The position numbers and the translations under genes were made by a program. Shown one piece after another: positions 35,868 to 44,701 of a stretch of DNA of 57,860 nt. The DNA is taken from assembly GCA_937875545.1 (NCBI GenBank), contig CALLYE010000139.1:1-57860 (forward strand), read 5' to 3'. Below the pieces are notes generated by a model. The model made no database searches and had not been told where the DNA came from. It saw only the letters and a list, made by a program, of their open reading frames with translations. The stretch is from an uncultured Clostridia bacterium (lineage in GTDB: Bacteria; Bacillota; Clostridia; Oscillospirales; CAG-272). How positions within the stretch are numbered: the first letter of the stretch is position 1; each line of letters begins with the position of its first letter.

Positions 35868-36108
35868 GCTTAGCGTATGCATCGGCAGCGCGTGCCATGT
35901 AAAAGGCGCGCATAACGTCGTCCAAACCTTCCGCCACATGATTGAAGAATACAATCTGGGCGATAAAATCGAATTCAAGGCGACATTCTGTATGCGGATG
36001 TGCAGTAAAAGCGGCGTATCGGTGATGCTTAACGGCGTCGAGTATAACATACCCGCCGAAACCGCGCGCGATTTCTTCCGCGATACAGTTTTACCGGCAA
36101 TTAAATAA
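35860..36108 (+). CDS. Second HfsA-like [2Fe-2S] protein; start corrected
   Basis: VCIGSACHVKG...FCMRMC; paralogue of 28544-28783. Confidence 0.82.
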   Translation: MTELSVCIGSACHVKGAHNVVQTFRHMIEEYNLGDKIEFKATFCMRMCSKSGVSVMLNGVEYNIPAETARDFFRDTVLPAIK

Positions 36109-36109
36109 T

Positions 36110-36146
36110 AAAAGTTCAGCCGTCCTCATGGGCGGCTGAACTTTTT
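36110..36146 (+). terminator. Intrinsic terminator of the hydrogenase operon
   Basis: aaaagttcagccgtcc-tcat-gggcggctgaacttttt. Confidence 0.85.
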
Positions 36147-36216
36147 TCATTGTAGAAAAATTAAACGCTTTGCATGTTATATTGCGCAGATAATAATTGT
36201 TAGAATATTGCTATTA

Positions 36217-36290
36217 TTTGCGGTTCCAAGGGGAACTTTTCCCTTAGCGGGAGCTCGAGGGCAGCGTCCTCGAACGTATTCCCGTACTTT
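36217..36290 (+). repeat. ~75-bp two-hairpin dispersed repeat, copy 2
   Basis: Direct repeat of 22998-23073. Confidence 0.88.
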
Positions 36291-36400
36291 TTATTCAATT
36301 AGTACCGCCCTCATAGGTGGCTGATTTTTTATTGTTTACAATATTAATAATGTATGTTATAATAACGCCGTATGATTAAAACGATTAAAAGAATGACACA

Positions 36401-37135
36401 ATGACCGGCGAGATTATTACAACAGTAAACGACAATATCACGCTCGCCGAGCTAGCATCCGGGCAGCGTTTCGGCACTGACGCGCTGCTGCTGGCGGCGC
36501 TTGCGGAGCGCTCTGCCGGGTGCAAGGCGGTCGAAATCGGCACGGGCAGCGGGATAGTGTCGCTGCTTTGCGCGGACAGGGACAAATTTTCGCATATCGA
36601 CGCGCTCGAGGTACAGCAGCCGCTTGCCGAACTGTGCGGGCGTAATATTGAGCGTAATAATTTATCCGATATAATTACAGCCATATGCGCCGATGTACGG
36701 GAATACGCACAGAATACGAGTGCAGTGGCAGCCTATGACGCGGCGCTGTGCAACCCGCCGTATATGCGTGCGGACAGCGGGCGGCGCTCCGCCGACCCGG
36801 GACGCGACGGCGCGCGCCGCGAGCTGAATGGCGGAATCACCGAGATTTGTTCGTCAGTGGCTCGGCTATTGCGGCGGGGCGGGGTATTTTACATCGTTTA
36901 TCGACCTGACCGCGCCGTCGACCTCGTCTGCGCGCTGCGGGCTGCGTCGCTTGAACCGAAAAAGCTGGTTTTCGTCTGCGACGAAGCGGGGCGCGCGCCT
37001 TGCCTGATGCTTGTTGCCGCTATCCGCGGCGCGGGTCGGTCGCTGGAAATTGCGCCGCCCTTCATATTGCGCGACCGCGGCGCTCCGACATCGGAATACG
37101 CGTATCTGCTCGAAAACGGCTCGTTCCCGGGGTAA
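36401..37135 (+). CDS. yabB: tRNA1(Val) A37 N6-methyltransferase-like SAM methyltransferase (YabB/YfiC family)
   Basis: FGTDALLLA, EIGTGSG, CNPPY, ARRE, LEPKKL motifs. Confidence 0.8.
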   Translation: MTGEIITTVNDNITLAELASGQRFGTDALLLAALAERSAGCKAVEIGTGSGIVSLLCADRDKFSHIDALEVQQPLAELCGRNIERNNLSDIITAICADVREYAQNTSAVAAYDAALCNPPYMRADSGRRSADPGRDGARRELNGGITEICSSVARLLRRGGVFYIVYRPDRAVDLVCALRAASLEPKKLVFVCDEAGRAPCLMLVAAIRGAGRSLEIAPPFILRDRGAPTSEYAYLLENGSFPG

Positions 37136-37285
37136 CGGAGAATATGGGGGATACGTTGGGGTAACTAAAATACTATTTACGAAAAACATCGATGATCCCC
37201 CAAACCACCGCATAAATAAAAGATATAAATAAATAGCAATAAATAATTATACCCGGAGGTGCGGGGGTTTGTATCCCCGTCCTCC
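37135..37285. repeat. Inverted doublet of family-B repeats upstream of GH38
   Basis: acggagaat.ggggg.tacgTTGGGG...CCCCCAAaccaccgc on plus; ggaggacggggatac-aaacccccgc (stem deleted) on minus. Confidence 0.6.
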
Positions 37286-37308
37286 TAAATATATCAAAGG
37301 AGTATTTT

Positions 37309-39993
37309 ATGGACTACACACTATATGTTGTATCCCACACACATTGGGACCGCGAATGGTACGAAACCTTTCAAAACTTCCGCTACAGGCTTGTACGTTT
37401 GATCGACGACCTGCTCGACCTGCTCGAGAACGATCCGGAATTCAAGGTGTTCCATTTCGACGGTCAGACGATAATAATGCGCGACTATCTTGAAATCCGA
37501 CCCGAAAACGAGGCGCGTTTGCGTAAACAAATTTCCGATGGCAGAATCGTAATCGGTCCGTGGTATGTAATGCCTGACGAGTTTCTTATCGCGGGCGAAT
37601 CGCTTATAAAAAATTTACAGCTCGGGCATAAGATCTGTGCCGAATATGGCGTAAAACCGATGAAAAACGGATATGTGACAGATATTTTCGGTCACAACTC
37701 GCAGTTCCCGCAGGTGCTGCGTGGATTTGGCATTGACTCGGCGACGCTGTACCGCGGTATCGGCGACTACAAGCCCGACGCGTTCAATTGGCGCGCCGCA
37801 GACGGGAGCGAAGTCACTGTCGCAAAACTTGACCGTCAGCGCTCGTATTCCAATTTCTATTTCGCGGTACGTTGGCCGTTCGAGGAGGGCGGCGGCACAG
37901 ACGAGCGGCTTGTGGCGCACATGAAACACCTGCTTGAGCATTCGATACCGCTCGCGACTTCCGACTGCATCCTCATGATGGACGGCTGCGATCATTTGGA
38001 CGCCGAACGCGCCCTGCCGCGCATGATAAAGCTGTTCGAGCGCGAACTTCCGGGCGTGAAATTTAAACACTGCCGCATAGACGAGTATTTTGATGCGCTT
38101 AAAGAGCGCAACGCGGAGCTTGAAACACTGACCGGTCCGTTATATAATCTGGCTTATACCGGCGTCAATAACCAAGTGCTTAAAAACGTGCTGTCGTCGA
38201 TGGTGATCCTCAAGCAGCAAAACGACGAGTGCGAGCGGCTGCTCACAAATTATGCCGAGCCGCTCGACGCGTTTACATATATGCATGGCATTAAAACTCC
38301 GGACACAAAGACACCGCTCGGCGAAAATGAATATTTCGCGTCGCCGCGCGGGGGTTATCTGACGCACGCGTGGGATTATCTGCTCCAAAACCAGCCGCAC
38401 GACTCGATTTGCGGCTGCTCGGCGTCGGAGGTGCATGAGGATAATTTAAACCGCTTCAAGCAAACGCGCGAAATCGGCAACCTGATGCTGCGCGACGCTA
38501 TGCAGGAGCTGGCGCGGTCGGTGATGCCCGGCCCGATGGCTAAAAACGGCAGTGTGCTGGTATTCAATCCCGCGCAGAAGGCGCTTGAGGGATGCTTCCC
38601 TGTTAAGCTCATCACACCGGCAGGAGCGGGTGATAACGTGCGTTTTTACGATGAAAACGGCGCGGAGCTGCGCTTCCAGACGATCTCGACCCACGTATAT
38701 ACGCAGCCCATCCACCGCCTGCGCAGGCTGATCCAGGCGCACGCGCATGAGGAACGCACTGTTATACTCGAGGGAAAAATCCCCGGCGCGGGTTACGCTT
38801 CGCTGGGTTACGAGGTCGTGCCGGGCAACGGGTTTGACGAATACAATTACGGCATAAAAGACGTCACGCATCCCAAGCGGCTGGCGGGCAGCCTTATGAC
38901 TGCATATAATAAACTCGATAACGGCGTCTACGAGCTTGAGTTTGACGACGCGGGGCGCATAAACGCGACTGTCAAGGCGACGGGTAAAAAATACAACGGT
39001 CTGCATATGTTCGAGGATTGCGGCGACGCCGGCGACGGTTGGAACTATCGCCATCCGCGATTTGACGCGCGCGTATGCGATATGAGCGCAGCGAAACGCT
39101 TCGCGGTAATCTCCGACGGCCCGCTCGGGACGGTGCTGCGCGTCACAAAGACTCTTGAGGTACCATCGCTTAACGGAGAACGTGGCAAAATAGCGCCCGA
39201 AACAAAAACGCTCGAATTTATAACCGATATTACAATAACAAAAGACAATCCCGTGATCTCTTTCCGCACGGCGTTTGAAAACACCGCGCGCGAGCATCGC
39301 CTGCGTGTGCTGTTCCCGACAGGGCTTGCAGCCGATGAATTTTATACAAAAACTCCCTTTGACATGTGCCGCTGGGACGTATCAGCCGGGGATTATACAG
39401 AGCATGCCGAGGAAGAAACCTTCGTCCATCCGTCGCAGGGCGTGACCTATATCACCGACGGCACAAACGGCGTTTCGGTATACGCCAAGGGTTTGTATGA
39501 AGTCGAGGTGACTGACGACGCTTCGCGTACAGTCGCGCTGACGCTGATGCGCTCGCCGGCGGTTGAAACGTGGCACGAAACGCGCTTGACGGCGCTGCTG
39601 CGTCCGCTCGAGTTTGAATATGCGCTGAATCTGACCGACTGCTGTCCCGCAAAGGCGTTTCTGCACGGCGAGACGTGGCGCAATCCGCCTGTCTCGATTT
39701 ATTATAATGATAACGCAACGGGTACGCTGCCCCGCGCCGGCTCGTTTATCAATATCGGCAGCGACACGATGCTGCTTTCATCTACGCGCCGCATCGAGGG
39801 CGGGCTGGAGGTGCGTTTGCTCGAAACATCGGGCAGCGCGCAGAGCTTCACACTTTCGTTCAGTCAGCCGGTGCAATCAGCCGTATACGTCGACCTGCTG
39901 GGCAATAAGCTCGCCGAAGCGCCCGTCGCGGATGGCAAAATCACAGTAAGCGCAAACGCGAAACAATTCGTGACTGTACAGGTGCAGCTATAG
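37309..39993 (+). CDS. GH38 alpha-mannosidase (MngB-like)
   Basis: SHTHWDREWY, FDGQT, GPWYVMPDEFL, DIFGH, QPHDSICGCS. Confidence 0.93.
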   Translation: MDYTLYVVSHTHWDREWYETFQNFRYRLVRLIDDLLDLLENDPEFKVFHFDGQTIIMRDYLEIRPENEARLRKQISDGRIVIGPWYVMPDEFLIAGESLIKNLQLGHKICAEYGVKPMKNGYVTDIFGHNSQFPQVLRGFGIDSATLYRGIGDYKPDAFNWRAADGSEVTVAKLDRQRSYSNFYFAVRWPFEEGGGTDERLVAHMKHLLEHSIPLATSDCILMMDGCDHLDAERALPRMIKLFERELPGVKFKHCRIDEYFDALKERNAELETLTGPLYNLAYTGVNNQVLKNVLSSMVILKQQNDECERLLTNYAEPLDAFTYMHGIKTPDTKTPLGENEYFASPRGGYLTHAWDYLLQNQPHDSICGCSASEVHEDNLNRFKQTREIGNLMLRDAMQELARSVMPGPMAKNGSVLVFNPAQKALEGCFPVKLITPAGAGDNVRFYDENGAELRFQTISTHVYTQPIHRLRRLIQAHAHEERTVILEGKIPGAGYASLGYEVVPGNGFDEYNYGIKDVTHPKRLAGSLMTAYNKLDNGVYELEFDDAGRINATVKATGKKYNGLHMFEDCGDAGDGWNYRHPRFDARVCDMSAAKRFAVISDGPLGTVLRVTKTLEVPSLNGERGKIAPETKTLEFITDITITKDNPVISFRTAFENTAREHRLRVLFPTGLAADEFYTKTPFDMCRWDVSAGDYTEHAEEETFVHPSQGVTYITDGTNGVSVYAKGLYEVEVTDDASRTVALTLMRSPAVETWHETRLTALLRPLEFEYALNLTDCCPAKAFLHGETWRNPPVSIYYNDNATGTLPRAGSFINIGSDTMLLSSTRRIEGGLEVRLLETSGSAQSFTLSFSQPVQSAVYVDLLGNKLAEAPVADGKITVSANAKQFVTVQVQL

Positions 39994-39996
39994 GGA

Positions 39997-40226
39997 TACG
40001 AGGGAACGGGGTACGCTGGGGGAGGTAAGACCTCCCCCAGACCCCCGCAATACTGGGTAAAAACAGAATATAGCCGCTTATATGGAGGAATATCCAGATA
40101 AGCGGCTATATTTTATGCAATAAAAATTATAAGAACACAGAAATAACAGTAAAAAATAATTCTTGCCATTGTATACGGGGGTTTGGGGGCATCATATGCC
40201 CCCAAGCGCGTCCCCGTTCTCCGTAC
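39997..40226. repeat. Inverted doublet of family-B repeats downstream of GH38, enclosing a terminator
   Basis: 39997-40048 (+) CTGGGGGAGGT-aag-ACCTCCCCCAG-aCCCCCG; 40176-40226 (-) TTGGGGGCAT-atg-ATGCCCCCAA-aCCCCCG. Confidence 0.75.
40067..40112. terminator. Bidirectional terminator
   Basis: aatatagccgcttat.tgga / tcca.ataagcggctatatt. Confidence 0.8.
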
Positions 40227-40232
40227 AACATT

Positions 40233-41237
40233 TTAGCCCATGTCGCGGAATACCGGCTCTTCGGGCGGCGGTGCGGGCTCGTCGGGTGTGCCCGAATCGA
40301 AGGGATCGATCATTGTTTCCTTGATTTTCGGCCACGCGGCATAAATACCCATGAACATTTCGGCGGCGAAGAGAATAACAAACGGAACCATTATACCCAG
40401 CGGCATAGACAATAAGAATACGTAGTAATTGAAGAACAGCAGCGCGCCGATACCCAGCACGGCGGCGATGTTGCGTTTGAAATTGAGCAGCGCGAGAATA
40501 AGCGAATTTTTAAACACCTTAATGAGTTTTAAATCAAAAGTAACGATTATCGGATACATGTAAAACCGCATCATAGTGTAGTATATAAAGATTACAACCA
40601 TCGCGGCGAGCATCATGTTCCAGGAAAACGATCCGGCGTTAGCTAAAAAGAAAATAATGTCGAAAATAAACAGCGCGCTTGCGATAAGGTCGATTATACC
40701 CAGTATCAATGCTTGCTTCCAGTTGCGTTTTACGGCTTTAGTAAAATCATGCCATAAAAACAGCGGTTCGCCGCGTACAATGTTGCGCAGTACAACAGTT
40801 ACGCCCGCGCGCACCGGACCAAAGGTGAGCAGCACCAACGCTCCGAGCGCGAACATCACATAAGTCGCGGGCGTTAAAATTTGTTTTGCCGCGGGTATGC
40901 CGTATACGCCGAGCAGCGAACCGGAAGCGGGCGAAAGCGGCATATTATGGAATACGCCGTAAAACGCGCCATATTGCAGCGAAGAAGCTGTCTGCACCTC
41001 AATATTTAGGTTGCCGCTCAGCCCGAACATAAAAATAAGCACGGGGAAGTTACCCAGCACCGCGATCATATTCAGCGTAAACAAGTTGGAAATGTTACGC
41101 CAAAACATTTTGAAAAATAAAAACAAATTGCGGGGGGCGTCCGGGTCAAAATTCTTTTTGGGTACGCCCTTGCCGTCATATGCGGGGTTGAACAGACTGT
41201 ATAGGAAATGCTTTTTCTTCTTTTTATTTTTAGCCAT
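40233..41237 (-). CDS. DUF624/YesL-like integral membrane protein
   Basis: Multiple TM helices; GP..AG...VLRNIVRGEP..LWHDF..A.KRNWKQAL and FKNSLILA motifs. Confidence 0.75.
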   Translation of the reverse strand: MAKNKKKKKHFLYSLFNPAYDGKGVPKKNFDPDAPRNLFLFFKMFWRNISNLFTLNMIAVLGNFPVLIFMFGLSGNLNIEVQTASSLQYGAFYGVFHNMPLSPASGSLLGVYGIPAAKQILTPATYVMFALGALVLLTFGPVRAGVTVVLRNIVRGEPLFLWHDFTKAVKRNWKQALILGIIDLIASALFIFDIIFFLANAGSFSWNMMLAAMVVIFIYYTMMRFYMYPIIVTFDLKLIKVFKNSLILALLNFKRNIAAVLGIGALLFFNYYVFLLSMPLGIMVPFVILFAAEMFMGIYAAWPKIKETMIDPFDSGTPDEPAPPPEEPVFRDMG

Positions 41238-41289
41238 CTTTTTTAAACGTCGCCTTTCGGGAATTACAAGAATTAATAATACGCTTAAA

Positions 41290-41832
41290 TTAATTATGTA
41301 TTATTAAATTAAGCGCATATAACGCTGATGAAATCAACGCCATGAACAGCGTCGCGCCGCAGAAATAGATTATATAACGCCGAGTCTCGGTCATGGACAG
41401 CATTGCTCTGACCGACGGCGCAGACGAGCCGAGCGTCAGCCTGTGCGTAGTCGATTTTTCGCAGGTGTCCATATATAAAGCCGCGGCTGCGGCGATGACA
41501 ACGCCTTGAACAACATAAACGATAACCGACGGGCGCGTTAGCCAAAGCATGGATAGCGCGTGACCCGCGCTCGCGCCGAGGTAAAGCGATATAATAAAAT
41601 TAATTACCGGCGCGAATACTGTGAAGCCCGACATAAAGATCAGCAGCAGATATTTTTCCAGCCGCGCAAAGGCAAGCGCAAGCACCGCGGGCGAAAAACC
41701 GCCGCCGGTGTATCCGATCTCGCACAGCGGCGTCAATGACAGCTCGCCGCCGAATAAAATCCCCGCCGCGAAGCCGACAGCGGTCACGCAGCCGAAGAAA
41801 AGGTAGATCCGTTTTCTGCCTTGTATATACAT
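41290..41832 (-). CDS. Membrane protein, SpoIIM-like (start corrected to 41832)
   Basis: About five hydrophobic segments; SigE-like promoter immediately upstream; weak resemblance only. Confidence 0.45.
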   Translation of the reverse strand: MYIQGRKRIYLFFGCVTAVGFAAGILFGGELSLTPLCEIGYTGGGFSPAVLALAFARLEKYLLLIFMSGFTVFAPVINFIISLYLGASAGHALSMLWLTRPSVIVYVVQGVVIAAAAALYMDTCEKSTTHRLTLGSSAPSVRAMLSMTETRRYIIYFCGATLFMALISSALYALNLIIHN

Positions 41833-41851
41833 CCCATCCATCACCCGATCC

Positions 41852-41882
41852 ATTTATATGCGTGTCCGGATAGGATAATGCC
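41852..41882 (-). promoter_or_regulatory. Candidate sporulation SigE promoter
   Basis: gcATt-16bp-CATAtaaaT on the minus strand. Confidence 0.45.
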
Positions 41883-41963
41883 GGAGGGACGGCGGCGCGG
41901 GGATACGCCGGGGTGCGGTTCGCAATTTACAGATACCCTCAATACAAGGCTTTTTTGTTAAAT

Positions 41964-42756
41964 CTACATACCCGACAATTCGTCGGCGCGTCTGGTGCAG
42001 GCTGACATCGCGGCGCGGACAGTATTCTCGAGTCCGCCTTCGCGCAATACGCCCAGCGCCGCTTCGGTCGTGCCGCCTTTAGACGCGACGACACCGATCA
42101 TGTCTTCCGGCGTCCTGCCCGAGGTGCGGAGCATACGCGCGGAGCCCTCGACCATACCGCAGACAGCGTCAAGCAGACCGGCGCTGTCAAACCCCTGCTC
42201 CGCAGCTCCGTCGGAAATCGCTTTTATCAGCATATAAACATACGCCGGCGCGGAGGAAGTGACAGAGATTATCGCGTTCATCTGACTCTCGTCAATCACA
42301 AGCGTTTGACCCAGACCCGCGAAGATACACCGCACAAATTCGAACGCTTCGTCAGTCACGGCGGTGTTGCGCGACAGCGCGGTGACGCCCATTCCTATGA
42401 GCAGCGGCGCGTTGGGCATCGTGCGTATCACCGCCGCGTTGTGACCGAGCAGCTCCGTAATGCGGTTTATAGTCACGCCCGCCATGATGGAGACGAAAAC
42501 CTTGCCGTCTGTCGGCACACCCTCCAGCCAGCCGAACAGCTCGATAATATTCTGCGGTTTTACAGATAAAAATATGTAGTCGGAAGCGGCTACCGCCTCC
42601 GCTGCGGATGCGTGGCAAATATAGCCGCGTCCGGAAAAAGCGTCATACTGCGCGGGGTTTTTATCGAAAAGGTGTATTTCAAGCCCTTCGCGATCCGAAA
42701 GCCCGCCGATTATAGCCCGCCATATTGCCGACGCCGAGAAATGCAATATTATTCAT
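41964..42756 (-). pseudogene. proC: Pyrroline-5-carboxylate reductase, frameshifted after codon ~14 (pseudogene or sequencing error)
   Basis: ATG at 42756 gives MNNIAFLGVGNMAG; the body (AIIGG...VKPQ, RTMPN, VASKGGTTE) continues in another frame; span 793 bp = 3n+1. Confidence 0.88.
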
Positions 42757-42914
42757 ACAATAATAATAGCACAAAGAATCAGGTATGTCTATAAATTTTT
42801 ATTTATTTACAAATTACGTTATAACTATTGAAAATCTCGTGAGATGCGTATATAATATATAAGATTAAGTTTGCATGCAGATAAGACCTGTAAAAATAAT
42901 CGGAGGATAACTTC

Positions 42915-44030
42915 ATGACAGACAGAGAAAGAGTCAAGGCAATACTCCATTATGAAAATTATGACCGGATGCCGCTGGTGCATTTCGGCAGTTGGAGCGA
43001 GCTGTACGATGTGTGGCTTGCCGAAGGGAAGATGACAGAATCCGATTATAAGGATTATAAAAGCGGCCGCCGCGATTTGTTCCGCGAATTTGGGTTCGAT
43101 TTCGAGTGGGGCGCGCAGATCAGCGTTGGCGGGGCGCTCAACCCCGGCTTCGAGTATAAAGAGCTGGAACGCGACGCCGAGGGAAATGTTACATATGTAA
43201 ACGGCAGCGGGCTGATCGAACAGCGCCGCGACGGCGCGATCTCGATCCCCAAAACCATCGGCACGCTGCTCGACGGTCGGGAGGCATGGGAGAAGCTGTA
43301 TAAACCCAAACTGACGCCGGGCGAGCACCGGTATAACCGCGCGGGCTATAAATCCTTCGCGGAAGGATTTAATAAAACCTCTGACAAGCCGGTCGGCATT
43401 TTCGCGGGCAGCTTTTACGGCTGGATACGCGATATGCTGGGCGTCGAAGCGCTGTCATATCTCGCCGCGGACGACGAAGAGCTATACGCCGAGCTTATCG
43501 CCGCGGTGGGCGAGCTGAACTACAACGGTGTAAAAGTAATGCTCGAGTGCGGTATACGCCCCGACTTCGCGCACATGTGGGAGGATATCTGTTTTAAAAA
43601 CGGTCCGCTTGTCAACCCCGAGGTGTTCGCCGAGTATGTAGGCCCGCAGTATAAACGCGTGACTGACCTGCTGGGCGAATACGACTGCGACATTGTGTCG
43701 CTCGACTGCGACGGCTGCATTGATAAGCTGGTGCCCATTTGGCTGGAAAACGGCGTTAATGTCATGTTCCCCATCGAGGTTGGGACATGGGAAGCGTCGA
43801 TCGAGCCGTGGCGCAAAAAATACGGGAAAGGTCTGCTGGGCGTCGGCGGCATGAACAAGCTCGTGCTGTCGCGTGACTACGCGGCGGTAGACGCCGAGCT
43901 GGAGCGGCTGCGCAGGCTTGTCGAGCTGGGCGGCTTCATACCATGCCCCGATCACAGACTGCCGCCCGGAACAAAGTGGGAGAACGTGCAGTATTATTGC
44001 GACAGATTCAGAAAAATATTCGGTGAGTAA
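42915..44030 (+). CDS. Uroporphyrinogen decarboxylase family protein
   Basis: MTDRERVKA...DRMP, WEDICFKNGPLVNP, DCDG, GGMNK, GGFIPCPDH. Confidence 0.85.
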   Translation: MTDRERVKAILHYENYDRMPLVHFGSWSELYDVWLAEGKMTESDYKDYKSGRRDLFREFGFDFEWGAQISVGGALNPGFEYKELERDAEGNVTYVNGSGLIEQRRDGAISIPKTIGTLLDGREAWEKLYKPKLTPGEHRYNRAGYKSFAEGFNKTSDKPVGIFAGSFYGWIRDMLGVEALSYLAADDEELYAELIAAVGELNYNGVKVMLECGIRPDFAHMWEDICFKNGPLVNPEVFAEYVGPQYKRVTDLLGEYDCDIVSLDCDGCIDKLVPIWLENGVNVMFPIEVGTWEASIEPWRKKYGKGLLGVGGMNKLVLSRDYAAVDAELERLRRLVELGGFIPCPDHRLPPGTKWENVQYYCDRFRKIFGE

Positions 44031-44044
44031 ATAAGCATTAATAA

Positions 44045-44698
44045 ATGAATAAAAGTCAACTTACGAGAATATTTGCAAAGCCGCCGGAGCTGCAAACCCG
44101 GCGGCTGCTGCTGCGCAAGCTTGCGGTGTCCGATTTCGCGGATATGTATGAATATTCCCGGCTTGAAGAAGTCACGCGTTATCTGGTGTGGAACCCGCAC
44201 CCGGATGAGGAATATACTGAACGATATTTGGAAAGCGTTCAGACCCAGTACAAAACCGGTGAGTTTTTCGATTGGGGCGTCGTATGGCGGGACAATGGCA
44301 AGCTCATCGGAACATGCGGATTCACCTCGTTTGACACCGCCCATAACCGCGGCGAGGCGGGGTATGTGATAAATCCGGCTTACAGGGGCATAGGAGTGGC
44401 GCCGGAGGCGCTCATGGCGGTGCTCGACTTCGGGTTTAACGAGCTGCGGCTGAATCGCATTGAAGCGAAATATATATTCGGCAATGACGCCAGCCGCCGC
44501 GTGATGGAAAAATGCTCGATGACTTTCGAGGGTGTGCTGCGCGGCTATATGCACATAAAACATGGTTACAGTGACATTGGGATGTGCGCCGTGCTCGCCG
44601 ACGATTTCAAGCGTATCTACGGCACCGCGCGTTTTTACGAACGCAAACAAGCCGGCGGCATTAATTTTTTGAAAGTTTTTGAAAAGGATTGGTTTTAA
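44045..44698 (+). CDS. RimJ/RimL-type GNAT N-acetyltransferase
   Basis: LQTRRLLLR, LIGTCG, YRGIGVAPEA, NDASRRVMEKCSMTFEG. Confidence 0.88.
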   Translation: MNKSQLTRIFAKPPELQTRRLLLRKLAVSDFADMYEYSRLEEVTRYLVWNPHPDEEYTERYLESVQTQYKTGEFFDWGVVWRDNGKLIGTCGFTSFDTAHNRGEAGYVINPAYRGIGVAPEALMAVLDFGFNELRLNRIEAKYIFGNDASRRVMEKCSMTFEGVLRGYMHIKHGYSDIGMCAVLADDFKRIYGTARFYERKQAGGINFLKVFEKDWF

Positions 44699-44701
44699 AT
44701 T

